Shown piece after piece: positions 36,194-46,801 of a stretch of 64,000 bases of DNA. A model generated the notes under the pieces. It was not told the DNA's origin. It saw only the letters and a list, made by a program, of their open reading frames with translations, and searched no databases. The translations under genes were made by a program, and so were the position numbers. The stretch lies in assembly GCF_054482525.1 (NCBI RefSeq), contig NZ_CM137006.1. One strand, written 5' to 3'. Each line of letters starts with the position of its first letter. The stretch's first letter is position 1.

Positions 36194-37021
36194 TTAGCGA
36201 AGTGTTTTTGGGGTCATTACCCGGCGAGCGCCAACATAGTGGCGCTGCCAGTAGTCTTCACTGAGAGAAGTGATTTGAATTTCCTGACCCGTGCGCGGTG
36301 ACTGAATAAATTTGCCGTTGCCGACATACACGCCGACATGATCGGCTGTACCGCGTCCCTGAGTACGGAAAAAGACCAGGTCGCCGTTTTTCAGTTCACT
36401 ACGTTCGATTGGCGCTGCATCGCGCAGGTGATACATTTCATTCGCCGTACGCGGAATACGAATTTTCACCAAATCTTTATAAGCGTAATAAACCAGGCCG
36501 CTGCAATCAAAACCGGTACGCGGTGAGCTGCCGCCCCAACGATATGGCTTACCAATTTGCTGCATCAGTTTATTCATTGCCACTTTCGTAGCTTTTTGCA
36601 CCTTCGCTTTGTGCGCGTCGGCAAGAGTTCCTGAAGCGGCATTTTTGACTTTCACACAATGCGATTTATAGCCCTTACGTTTGGTACACTTTTCGGTAAA
36701 GTTGGCTGAGGCCGTTTTATTGACGGCGTGTTTGCTGCGAGTTTTGGCGTTTTTAGAAGCGGTAATGGAAGATTTTTTAACGGAAGAAGCGGTTTTGCTT
36801 TTGGTCGTACTTTTACTGGCGGCTTTTTTCGCTGTTTTCTGGCTGGCTTTCTGGGTCTTTTTGGTGGTTGCCGTGCTTTTCTTTTTATCTGCTTTTTTGG
36901 TGATATGAGTGATAGCAGAACTCTCCCTGGCTTGCTTTGAAGCATGGGCCATAGGCGTTAAAGGCAGGGTGGTAAAAAGTAAAGCACAGAGCGTGATCGA
37001 AATACGGTTTATCCGCGCCAC
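36194..37021 (-). CDS. mepH: NlpC/P60 murein DD-endopeptidase MepH (YdhO) with signal peptide and K/T/S-rich linker, 275 aa
   Basis: C-terminal NlpC/P60 motif (DCSGLVYYAY ... HVGVYVGNG); start may lie a few codons inside the ORF call. Confidence 0.85.
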   Translation of the reverse strand: MARINRISITLCALLFTTLPLTPMAHASKQARESSAITHITKKADKKKSTATTKKTQKASQKTAKKAASKSTTKSKTASSVKKSSITASKNAKTRSKHAVNKTASANFTEKCTKRKGYKSHCVKVKNAASGTLADAHKAKVQKATKVAMNKLMQQIGKPYRWGGSSPRTGFDCSGLVYYAYKDLVKIRIPRTANEMYHLRDAAPIERSELKNGDLVFFRTQGRGTADHVGVYVGNGKFIQSPRTGQEIQITSLSEDYWQRHYVGARRVMTPKTLR

Positions 37022-37355
37022 TGAGCGTCCCTCTGTTAAGGCAGGTCTATCATGCCTGCGTCTGATTTACAAAACTTGATGATTCTAATGCATAGAAGAA
37101 GAGAAAGTTAATAGCTTTTATTGTTAAAAAATACGTTTCGTTGGCGAGCGCAAAAAAATGCAGCAGTGAAAGCTAAAAATGGTTATAAATACGCCAGTTT
37201 GCCGTGCGTCAGGGAAGAAACGAATATTTGAAATGCAACAAATAGAGCAAAGGGATAAAATAGCAAAAGCGTGATGAAAATGTTATTTTCCGATGCCGCA
37301 CTGACCCGCTACAATGTCAGATTACTGCCGTAAAGAAGTTTGAGGAAGCAAGACA

Positions 37356-37703
37356 ATGAGCACCACTATCGAAAAAATCCAACGCCAGATTGCTGAAAAC
37401 CCGATCCTGCTGTACATGAAAGGTTCACCGAAACTGCCGAGCTGCGGTTTCTCTGCCCAGGCAGTCCAGGCGCTTGCCGCATGTGGCGAACGTTTTGCCT
37501 ATGTTGATATTCTGCAGAATCCGGACATTCGTGCGGAACTGCCGAAATATGCTAACTGGCCGACCTTCCCGCAACTGTGGGTTGACGGCGAGCTGGTCGG
37601 CGGTTGTGATATCGTGATCGAAATGTATCAGCGTGGCGAACTGCAGCAGCTGATCAAAGAAACTGCCGCTAAATACAAGTCTGAAGAGCCGGACGCGGAA
37701 TAA
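37356..37703 (+). CDS. grxD: Monothiol glutaredoxin Grx4, 115 aa
   Basis: CGFS active-site motif (PSCGFSAQ); recognised as GrxD. Confidence 0.95.
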   Translation: MSTTIEKIQRQIAENPILLYMKGSPKLPSCGFSAQAVQALAACGERFAYVDILQNPDIRAELPKYANWPTFPQLWVDGELVGGCDIVIEMYQRGELQQLIKETAAKYKSEEPDAE

Positions 37704-37753
37704 TCCGTCCTGCAGTACTGACGGATGCGAACGGGCATCCGTCAGTTCTTTAT

Positions 37754-40700
37754 CTATCCCCAATCCAGCCCTTGTGGCGAACTTGAAAATCCCGCCTCAC
37801 GCAGCAGCGTAAACATCGGCGTTTGCCGGACCGGTAGATCATTCACTTCTGTTAGCGTAAAGCGCAGCCGTGGTTCGCGACGCAGTGCGGTGGTCAGCGC
37901 CTGGAAAATCTCTGGGGCGAGTAATTCATCTTTTTCCTGCCAGACCAGCATTTTTTTGCCGCCTTGCGCCAGATAGAGTAACAATTTGCCGCCAGAAACG
38001 ACCACCAGCGCACCCGCCCGACGCGTTGGAACCAGCGTTGCCGGATGTGCAGGCCAGGGCAGAAGATTTCCCCACACATTAGCCGGATCGTTGGCGGAGA
38101 GCGCCACTGGTGTATAGTGGCGCGTTTGCGTGGCTTGTGTCGCCAGATCGCGCAATCGGTCAATAGTCAGACGTTCAGCGAATTGCGCGCCACCCAGACC
38201 TTCTACAAAACGACCTCGCATAATTCGCCCGGAGTCTTCCATACTTCGACAAAGCGTTTGCATCGATGGAAACCCACCAGGGATATTTTCGGCTATCACC
38301 GCCTGACGACTGATGATGCCGTAGCGGTCGAGCATATTTTCCGCCAGCGCCAGCATCCTTTCGGTATCGTTTAGTGGCTCCACCTGCAATAACGACCAGC
38401 GTCCAGCAAGATTTGGTGTGTTGTAAGATACCCGCGGCGAGACGGGTTGTGCATAGACAGGACGCCCACGACGAGCCCGGTGACTGCGGCGAGTCGAGGT
38501 GCGTGCGTTGGAACTGCTGCGGGTGAGGGCGCGTAACGGTGCCCAAATGTCGCTGGTAATGAGGCCTTGCCAGACCAGCGCCCATAACGCCTCTTGCAGA
38601 GCCGAGGGATCAACCGATTCGCCGATTTTATCGCGTATCCGTTGGCTGATTTGTTGTGCAAACCAGGCTCCTCCGTCAGCCAGAACAGCGATTATCGCTT
38701 GCTGCAGCGCCGAACGATTCGCCTGATCTGCTTCGGCGGGAGTGAACGATTCTGCGGCATATTCCTGTAGATGCAGTGCCACCAGGCCGTCATCTTCACC
38801 CAGCTTTTTTTGCCCCGACCAGATAACCGCACCGGTTGCCAGTAATTCATCGAGCATTTCTGGCGAATAGTCGCGTACGCGGGCAGGCAGGATCTGGCTT
38901 TCCCAGAGTGAGGCGGGTAAACCGACTCCTGCAAGCTGTTCGATCACCCGCATGACGCCATCCACGCCCTCATAAACGCCTGGCGATGTTGAGGCAAAGA
39001 GTGCCGGGCTACCATCGGTGGCGGGTAATACGCCCTGACGTTCCAGCAGCAATCGCGCATAGGTCGTGGCCGCAACGGGACGTGTCGCTTCTCTGGCGGC
39101 TTGCAGCGAGCGCAAACGCAGACGACGAAATACTTCATCGCTCACCCAGATGTCTTGTTGCAGATTCATCACCAGCCCCTGTTCGCGCAGTTGCTGAAGT
39201 TGCTCTTCGACAATGGCAATACCGAGACTAAACTCATGAGCCAGTTGTTCAGACGTGACCAGAGCATGAGCCCGGAGATAGCGCAGAAAGAGGTCGCGAA
39301 GCGGGTAACTGACTCGGTGCAAATAAATCTCTGGCAGTGACTCTGGTAGTCGTACGCCGAGGGCATCGCGCAGCCTGGCGGCATCATCCATACAGGCAAG
39401 ACGCTCCTGCCCGCTAATCATCGTCGGGAAGATTCGTTTTACTGCAAGAAGATTTTCCAGATACGACGCAATCTCTCCACTGCTGCCTGTATGCCGTTGC
39501 GCCAGGTCTTCAACGGTCATTGGCCCCAGTTCGCGCAGCAGGTCGAACAATCCTTCTTCACCATTCGCTCTTCTGCCAGGAGCCAGTCGTTGCAACTCTT
39601 CTTCCACCTGGCGAATGACCTGCGGGTCGAGTAATTCCCCCGGATCGACCTGTCCGAGTAGATTGCGCAGTAACTCGCTGTCCAGCGACAGTACGGATGC
39701 CCGGCGCTCTGCCAGCGGGGCGTCGCTCTGGTACATAAATTCCGCGACATAGCCGAACAATAAACTGGCGGCGAAAGGCGAGGGCGTAGTGGTCGTTACA
39801 TCGGATATTTGAATTTCGCCACCGTTCAGGCGACGCATCAAACGTTCCAGCGCGGGAAGATCATAAACATCTTGCAGACATTCGCGTAGGGTTTCGAGAA
39901 TGACCGGAAAATCCGGATATCCCTGAGCGATTTCCAGCAACTGACTGGCGCGCAGCCGTTGTTGCCAGAGCGGGGTGCGATGGCCCGGCGTGCGGCCCGG
40001 CATTAATAATGCCCGCGCGGCGCATTCGCGAAAACGGGCGGCGAAAAGTGCCGAGCTGCCTACCGCCTCGCGGACAATTTGCAACAACTTTTCTGGTTCA
40101 AACAAAAAAATCGCGGCATCGGGCAATTTACCATCGGTGTCAGGAATGCGCGCAACAATGCCGTCATCACTAGCAACCATAGACGCGTCAGCGCCCCATA
40201 GTGCATGTATTCGCCCGGCAATCGCCAGCGCCCATGGTTCATGCACCCGTCTTCCATAGGGAGAGTGCAAAATAATACGCCAGTCACCAATATCATCACG
40301 GCACCGTTCGAGGACCAGATGACGACTACCCGGAACGATGCCCGTCGCGTTGCGCTGCTCGTCAATCAACCCCTGAATATTGGCGATCGTATTTTCTTCT
40401 GCCAACCACGGGGGAATAGTCCCGGAAAAGAACGCGCCATCCGCCAGTAAATGGAGAAAATCGCCGATCATCTCGCCTAATTCTGCCGGACGTCCGTTAC
40501 CTTCACCACGCCAGAAGGGAAGGCGGGCAGAACGACCTGGAGCAGGAGTCACAATCACCTGATCGCGGGTGATTTGCTGGATCCGCCATGAGGTAGCGCC
40601 GAGAGTGATAATGTCGTTCACCCGCGACTCATATACCATCTCCTCATCCAGTTCACCCACCCGCCGCGAACCGGCCTGTTCTTCACCTTCGGGTAATAAC

Positions 40701-42370
40701 ACGCTATACATGCCACGATCCGGAATGGTGCCGCCGCTGGTAACCGCCAACAATTGAGCGCCAGGTCGGGCGGTCAATATCCCGGTCTCCCGGTTCCAGA
40801 CCAGTTTGGGGCGAAAAGCAGAAAAATCGCCAGAGGGATAGCGCCCGGAAAGCATATCCAGCGTGGCGTCAAAAACACGTCTTGGCAGATCTTTCCACGG
40901 TGCGGCACGGCGTACGCGGGAGTACCATTCGTCTACCTGTAATGCATCCATCGCCGCGGCGGCAACGGTTTGCTGCGCAAGGACGTCGAGTGGATTATGC
41001 GGCGGTGTCAGGTTTTCCAGCCTGCCTGCGAACATACACTCTACAATGACTGCGGAATCGACTAAGTCACGCCTGGTTCGGGGGAAAAAAAGCCCTTTGG
41101 AGATACCACCTACCTGGTGTCCGGCACGTCCAATGCGTTGTAACCCACTGGCAACAGAAAGCGGCGTTGCCACCTGAATCACCAGATCCACCGCGCCCAT
41201 ATCAATCCCCAGTTCGAGACTGGAGGTTGCGACCACGCAGCGTAATTCACCCGATTTCAGCGCCTGTTCGGTGATTGCTCGTTGTTCTTTAGAGACGGAG
41301 CCGTGGTGTGAGCGGGCAATAAAAATGTCGCTACTTTGTACACGGTTAGAGGTTGCGCCGGAGGTCGACTCGAAATGGACCGCATCAACGGCGATAGACG
41401 GGGAACGCTGTAAGCGTGCGGCGTAAAGCTCATTCAATCGTGCCGTCAGTTTTTCCGCCAGCCCGCGTGAATTAGTAAAGACAATGGTCGAGCGATGGCG
41501 CAAAACTTCATCAAGGATACCCGTTTCAATATATGGCCAGATGGAGCCTTCTCGACCGGCATGGCTGTCTTCGCCGGTGCCGCTGGCGACCGATGAGACA
41601 TCATCCATATTGGCGACCGGTACGACAATCCGTATCTGCGGATGGCGCATTGCGGGCGGGTTGACTACCGTAACCGGGCGATCGCCACCAAGAAATGCTG
41701 CCACATCGCTGGCTGAGCGTACAGTGGCAGAAAGGCCAATTCGCTGTGCTGAGGTGTGGAGCAGCGCATCGAACCGCTCCAGACTTAACGCCAGATGCGC
41801 ACCACGTTTACTGCCCGCTACCGCGTGGACTTCATCAATAATTACCGTTTCGACGCCGCGTAGCGTTTCGCGCGCGCGGGAGGTCAGCATCAGATAGAGT
41901 GATTCGGGTGTGGTGATCAGAATATCCGGCGGATTACGGGTGAGTTTGCTGCGTTCCTGTGCAGGCGTATCGCCAGTACGGATCCCCACGCGAAGATTGA
42001 CTTCCGTTTCGCCGCGCCGCCGCCGTTCATCGGCAATACCCTGTAACGGGATCTGCAAGTTGCGCTGAACGTCGGTGCCCAGGGCTTTTATCGGTGAAAT
42101 ATAGAGGATGCGTGAGGTTTTACGCTTATGCGCCTCGCGGGTATCTTCGCCGCCTTCGCGGAAGAGCCGATCGAGGGCGTAGAGAAATGCTGCCAGCGTT
42201 TTCCCGGAGCCAGTCGGTGCAATCACCAGCGCATGTTCGCCTCGCGCCGCTACATGCCAGGTTTGCGACTGGACAGCGGTCGGCTGTTTAAAGGCGCGAA
42301 GAAACCAGTCGCGGGTCGCCGGTGAAAACACGTCCGGCAGGAGCGATGAAGGGTTTAGATTATCTGCCAT
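37754..42370 (-). CDS. lhr: Large ATP-dependent helicase Lhr (superfamily 2, DEAD/DEAH box), 1538 aa
   Basis: Walker A APTGSGKT and DEVH box near the N-terminus; 1538 aa; cotranscribed downstream of rnt. Confidence 0.93.
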   Translation of the reverse strand: MADNLNPSSLLPDVFSPATRDWFLRAFKQPTAVQSQTWHVAARGEHALVIAPTGSGKTLAAFLYALDRLFREGGEDTREAHKRKTSRILYISPIKALGTDVQRNLQIPLQGIADERRRRGETEVNLRVGIRTGDTPAQERSKLTRNPPDILITTPESLYLMLTSRARETLRGVETVIIDEVHAVAGSKRGAHLALSLERFDALLHTSAQRIGLSATVRSASDVAAFLGGDRPVTVVNPPAMRHPQIRIVVPVANMDDVSSVASGTGEDSHAGREGSIWPYIETGILDEVLRHRSTIVFTNSRGLAEKLTARLNELYAARLQRSPSIAVDAVHFESTSGATSNRVQSSDIFIARSHHGSVSKEQRAITEQALKSGELRCVVATSSLELGIDMGAVDLVIQVATPLSVASGLQRIGRAGHQVGGISKGLFFPRTRRDLVDSAVIVECMFAGRLENLTPPHNPLDVLAQQTVAAAAMDALQVDEWYSRVRRAAPWKDLPRRVFDATLDMLSGRYPSGDFSAFRPKLVWNRETGILTARPGAQLLAVTSGGTIPDRGMYSVLLPEGEEQAGSRRVGELDEEMVYESRVNDIITLGATSWRIQQITRDQVIVTPAPGRSARLPFWRGEGNGRPAELGEMIGDFLHLLADGAFFSGTIPPWLAEENTIANIQGLIDEQRNATGIVPGSRHLVLERCRDDIGDWRIILHSPYGRRVHEPWALAIAGRIHALWGADASMVASDDGIVARIPDTDGKLPDAAIFLFEPEKLLQIVREAVGSSALFAARFRECAARALLMPGRTPGHRTPLWQQRLRASQLLEIAQGYPDFPVILETLRECLQDVYDLPALERLMRRLNGGEIQISDVTTTTPSPFAASLLFGYVAEFMYQSDAPLAERRASVLSLDSELLRNLLGQVDPGELLDPQVIRQVEEELQRLAPGRRANGEEGLFDLLRELGPMTVEDLAQRHTGSSGEIASYLENLLAVKRIFPTMISGQERLACMDDAARLRDALGVRLPESLPEIYLHRVSYPLRDLFLRYLRAHALVTSEQLAHEFSLGIAIVEEQLQQLREQGLVMNLQQDIWVSDEVFRRLRLRSLQAAREATRPVAATTYARLLLERQGVLPATDGSPALFASTSPGVYEGVDGVMRVIEQLAGVGLPASLWESQILPARVRDYSPEMLDELLATGAVIWSGQKKLGEDDGLVALHLQEYAAESFTPAEADQANRSALQQAIIAVLADGGAWFAQQISQRIRDKIGESVDPSALQEALWALVWQGLITSDIWAPLRALTRSSSNARTSTRRSHRARRGRPVYAQPVSPRVSYNTPNLAGRWSLLQVEPLNDTERMLALAENMLDRYGIISRQAVIAENIPGGFPSMQTLCRSMEDSGRIMRGRFVEGLGGAQFAERLTIDRLRDLATQATQTRHYTPVALSANDPANVWGNLLPWPAHPATLVPTRRAGALVVVSGGKLLLYLAQGGKKMLVWQEKDELLAPEIFQALTTALRREPRLRFTLTEVNDLPVRQTPMFTLLREAGFSSSPQGLDWG

Positions 42371-42462
42371 TAACGCTATTCCCCGTGAATATCATGCATG
42401 ATGCGTGGAATAGCCTCACTATAGATGCCTGAATCATTGCATGTCATCAGGCATCGACTCGA

Positions 42463-43110
42463 TTACACCTCTTCGGCGGCAGGTAGCGGCCAGCCTCCCA
42501 GACGTTTCCAGCGGTTGACGATTTCACAAAACAGCACAGCAGTGCGTTCGGTGTCGTACAGCGCGGAGTGCGCCTGGGTGCTGTCGAAGTCCATGCCAGC
42601 GGTCTGGCAAGCCTTTGACAATACGGTTTGTCCGAGTGCCAGCCCGGCAAGTGCAGCAGTGTCAAAAGTGGCGAAAGGGTGGAACGGGTTACGTTTCAGT
42701 GAGGCGCGTTCTGCGGCGGCCATCATAAAGCTGTGATCGAAATTGGCGTTGTGCGCCACCATAATGGCGCGGTTACAGCCGCTCGCTTTAATGCCTTTAC
42801 GTACAACTTTAAAAATTTCGTGCAGCGCCTCGTATTCGCTGACCGCGCCGCGATCGGGATCGTTCGGGTCAATGCCGTTGAAGGCGAGGGCCTCTGGCTG
42901 CAAATTTGCGCCGACAAATGGTTCGACGTGGAAATGTAATGTGGTGTCCGGCATCAGCCAGCCTTGTTCATCCATTTTCAGGGTGATGGCGGCAATCTCA
43001 AGCAGCGCATCGGTTTTGGCGTTAAATCCGGCTGTTTCAACATCGATCACAACAGGATAAAAACCACGAAAACGGTCGCACAGACCGGTAAGTTGAGCGT
43101 TATCGGACAT
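42463..43110 (-). CDS. rnt: Ribonuclease T (DEDDh 3'-5' exoribonuclease), 215 aa
   Basis: [29 protein letters not shown]... recognised as RNase T. Confidence 0.95.
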
Positions 43111-43212
43111 CTGATTCTCTTAATACGGATAAATTGCAGCGCGCATTATGACAAATATTACTTGTCGATGCAGTAAAGATGCGGGCGCGAGGAGTTCACG
43201 CCCGGCAGGAGA

Positions 43213-43620
43213 TTAGTTGCCCAGACCGCGACCGGCGTCTTTCTCTTCGATTAACTCAATTTTGTAACCGTCCGGATCTTCCACAAACGCGATAACCGTA
43301 GTACCGCCTTTTACCGGACCCGCTTCACGGGTCACGTTACCCCCGTTTTGACGGATTTTTTCGCACGCTTCAGCGGCGTTATCAACGCTAAGCGCGATGT
43401 GACCATAAGCAGTGCCGAGTTCGTATTTATCCACGCCCCAGTTGTAGGTCAGTTCAATCACCGCTTCTTCGGTTTCCGGGCCGTAGCCAACAAACGCCAG
43501 TGAGTATTTGTATTCCGGGTTTTCGCTGGTACGCAGCAGTTTCATGCCCAGTACTTTGGTATAAAAATCGATGGAGCGTTGCAGATCGCCAACGCGCAGC
43601 ATGGTATGAAGAAGACGCAT
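43213..43620 (-). CDS. gloA: Glyoxalase I (lactoylglutathione lyase), 135 aa
   Basis: [30 protein letters not shown]... recognised as GloA. Confidence 0.95.
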
Positions 43621-43700
43621 CTTTATATCCTCAAAATGGCTAACAGATTCAAAATGTTGTTTTAGTATAGCGGCGGCTTTGCGCCGCTCGCAATGTTGGA

Positions 43701-44798
43701 TTATAGCGTCGGGTAATCAGTGTAGCCTTCCGCGCCGCCACCGTAAAAACTTTCGGCACGCTGTGGGTTAAGCTCAGCTTTGCGCTGCAAGCGGGCGACC
43801 AGATCCGGGTTCGCAATCCAGTCACGACCAAATGCCACCGCATCGATTAACCCTTTGCCGATCAGCGTTTCAGCTTTTTCTACTGTGTATGCACCTGCGC
43901 CGATAATCGGACCGTGGAAACGGGCGCGTACTTTTTCGCGGAACGCATCAGTATACGGTTCACCTCCCGCCCAATCCGGTTCTGACATATGCAGATAAGC
44001 AATGCCGCGTTTACCCAGTTGTTCAATCAGATACAGTGCATCGGCTTCTTCATTCGGGCCGTTATCTGTGTTCTGGAAAGTACCGATTGGTGAAATGCGA
44101 ATGCCAATGCGTTCGGCACCCCATTCTTCAATCCCGGCATCGACCACTTCCAGCACCAGTCGCGTGCGATTTTCCACACTGCCGCCGTACTGATCGGTAC
44201 GATGGTTTGAAGAAGGAGAAAGGAACTGATGCAGCAAATAACCGTGAGCAGAGTGGAGCTCTACCAGATCAAAACCGGCTTCACGCGCGTTAGCAATGGC
44301 CTGACGGAAATCATTGACGATACCCGGAATCTCTTCCAGTTCAAGCGCACGCGGCATGGATGTTTCAACACGGATCGCCTGACCATTTTCATCGCGCAGA
44401 GAAGTACGTGTTCCCGCGCTAAGTGCGGAAGGCGCTACCGGTGCCTGACCGCCAGGTTGCAGGCTGGCGTGAGAAATGCGTCCGGTGTGCCACAGCTGTA
44501 CGGCCATATGACCATTTTCAGCATGAACGCCAGCGGTAATTTTTTTCCATGCGGCAATTTGTTCCGGACTATGGATGCCAGGTGCACCAGCATACCCTTT
44601 TGCCTGGGCAGAAATTTGCGTGGCTTCGCTAATAATCAAACCGGCACTGGCACGTTGGCGATAGTATTCCGCCATCAACGGGGTAGGGATGTCACCCGGT
44701 TCAATACTGCGCAGACGCGTCAGCGGTGCCATAAAAATACGGTTTGCCGCCGTGATCGCGCCCACTTTCAGTGGGGAATACAGTTTTTCAGATGACAT
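43701..44798 (-). CDS. nemA: N-ethylmaleimide reductase (Old Yellow Enzyme family, FMN), 365 aa
   Basis: 365-aa OYE-family ORF downstream of nemR. Confidence 0.95.
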
Positions 44799-44834
44799 AA
44801 AGGCTCCCGGTCGTCTGGTGATAAAAAATGCCTG

Positions 44835-45434
44835 CTAAACGGCAGGCGTCGCAATAATGGTTTTTACATGTGCCAGCGCGTTTTCCAGTGGCTCGGAATT
44901 GCGCGAAATTTTGGCCTGCAGATTCGCACCCAGCCATAGTGCGTAAAGCACTTGTGCCTGTTGCAGCGGTTCGCCACAAAAGGTTAAACAATGGCTATCA
45001 CGGCCATTTTCCAGCGCCTGCGAGAGCAGAACGATCACGCCGCGAGCGCCTTTATCCATCGCGCTACGCATATCTTCTGACAGATCGCACACTTCGGCAG
45101 AGAGTTTTACTGTCAGGCAACCACTGATGGTTCCATGTTGGCAAAACTGGTTCAGTGTTTGCTGGTAATAAGCCAGTATGCGGTCGCGGTAGTTACCTTC
45201 GCCGGATTGCAGCAACTCAGTCAGTCGCTGGTGATATGTGGCGTAATGGCGCTCAAGCATGGCAACGCCAAACGCTTCTTTAGAGCGAAAGTAGTGATAG
45301 AAGGACCCTTTCGGCACTTCAGCGGTTTTTAGTAATTCGCTTAGCCCCATCCCGGTGAATCCACGTTGCAGGCAAAGTTGCTCGCCCGTCGCCAGGAGAT
45401 GTTCGCGAGTATCATGTTCGGTGTGTTTGTTCAT
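44835..45434 (-). CDS. nemR: TetR-family electrophile-sensing repressor NemR, 199 aa
   Basis: TetR N-terminal HTH; first gene of nemR-nemA-gloA. Confidence 0.93.
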   Translation of the reverse strand: MNKHTEHDTREHLLATGEQLCLQRGFTGMGLSELLKTAEVPKGSFYHYFRSKEAFGVAMLERHYATYHQRLTELLQSGEGNYRDRILAYYQQTLNQFCQHGTISGCLTVKLSAEVCDLSEDMRSAMDKGARGVIVLLSQALENGRDSHCLTFCGEPLQQAQVLYALWLGANLQAKISRNSEPLENALAHVKTIIATPAV

Positions 45435-45448
45435 GCGTTGGAGTGTAG

Positions 45449-45464
45449 TAGACCAGTCGGTCTA
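45449..45464. promoter_or_regulatory. NemR-box-like perfect palindrome TAGACCAGTCGGTCTA in the nemR / ydhL divergent region
   Basis: 16-bp perfect inverted repeat 15 bp upstream of the nemR ATG; resembles the reported NemR operator. Confidence 0.6.
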
Positions 45465-45536
45465 GTGCAAGCAAAGTTGCTACTTTGGGCATTAACAGCT
45501 TCAATAATGGTAATAATCTTATTTGAGGAGGGCGAA

Positions 45537-45776
45537 GTGGCGGAGCAATTAGAGTTCTTTCCCGTCCAGAGCCCGTGCCGGGGAATTTGCCAGTCTGACG
45601 AACGCGGGTTTTGTCGCGGCTGTTTTCGAAGCCGGGATGAGCGTTATAACTGGAATAAAATGAGCGATGGCGAAAAACAAGAGGTGCTGCGCCTTTGTCG
45701 GCAGCGATTAATGCGCAAATTACGCGCAAATAAGCCAGCGTCATCAGACGAACCGGAGCAACCATCACTCTTTTGA
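45537..45776 (+). CDS. ydhL: DUF1289-family small Cys-rich protein YdhL, 79 aa (GTG start)
   Basis: GTG at 45537 preceded by GAGGAGGG; product (M)AEQLEFFPVQSPCRGICQSDERGFCRGCFRSRDE...; the ORF call over-extends upstream into the nemR start. Confidence 0.75.
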   Translation: MAEQLEFFPVQSPCRGICQSDERGFCRGCFRSRDERYNWNKMSDGEKQEVLRLCRQRLMRKLRANKPASSDEPEQPSLF

Positions 45777-45824
45777 GCCTAATCTTGCGTATACTCCTCT
45801 CATATCTGATAAGAGGAAGCGATT

Positions 45825-46721
45825 ATGGTTCAGCGTATTACTATTGCGCCGCAAGGCCCGGAGTTTTCCCGTTTTGTGATGGGCTACTGGCGATTGATGG
45901 ACTGGAATATGTCCGCCCGCCAGCTGGTCAGTTTTATTGAAGAGCATCTGGATCTCGGCGTGACCACCGTGGACCATGCTGATATTTATGGTGGCTATCA
46001 GTGCGAAGCGGCGTTTGGCGAGGCGCTGAAACTGGCTCCTCACCTGCGTGAACGGATGGAAATCGTCAGTAAATGCGGTATCGCGACGACCGCGCGTGAA
46101 GAAAACGTCATTGGTCATTACATCACTGACCGCGATCACATCATTAAGAGCGCCGAACAGTCGCTAATTAATCTCGCGACCGATCATCTGGATCTGCTGT
46201 TAATCCACCGACCAGACCCGTTAATGGATGCCGATGAAGTGGCGGACGCGTTTAAACATCTGCATCAGAGCGGCAAAGTGCGCCATTTTGGCGTATCGAA
46301 CTTTACGCCTGCGCAATTTGCCCTGTTGCAATCACGTCTGCCGTTTACCCTTGCCACTAATCAGGTGGAAATATCCCCGGTGCATCAGCCGTTACTGCTG
46401 GATGGCACGCTCGACCAACTGCAACAACTGCGTGTTCGTCCGATGGCGTGGTCCTGCCTTGGTGGTGGTCGTCTGTTTAATGATGATTATTTCCAGCCGC
46501 TGCGTGATGAACTGGCTGTGGTGGCGGAGGAGTTAAACGCGGGCTCGATTGAACAGGTGGTTTACGCCTGGGTATTACGTTTACCGTCGCAGCCGCTGCC
46601 AATTATCGGCTCAGGTAAAATTGAGCGCGTACGGGCAGCTGTCGAAGCTGAAACACTGAAAATGACCCGTCAACAATGGTTTCGTATCCGTAAAGCGGCA
46701 TTGGGTTACGACGTACCGTAA
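45825..46721 (+). CDS. ydhF: Aldo-keto reductase YdhF, 298 aa
   Basis: 298-aa AKR-family ORF recognised as YdhF. Confidence 0.9.
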   Translation: MVQRITIAPQGPEFSRFVMGYWRLMDWNMSARQLVSFIEEHLDLGVTTVDHADIYGGYQCEAAFGEALKLAPHLRERMEIVSKCGIATTAREENVIGHYITDRDHIIKSAEQSLINLATDHLDLLLIHRPDPLMDADEVADAFKHLHQSGKVRHFGVSNFTPAQFALLQSRLPFTLATNQVEISPVHQPLLLDGTLDQLQQLRVRPMAWSCLGGGRLFNDDYFQPLRDELAVVAEELNAGSIEQVVYAWVLRLPSQPLPIIGSGKIERVRAAVEAETLKMTRQQWFRIRKAALGYDVP

Positions 46722-46801
46722 GCACTTTTAGGAATAGCCGCCGTTCAAAAATGTGTCACTGGTTTACACTTATTCAGGAATGCACAATGAACGGAGGTCC
46801 T

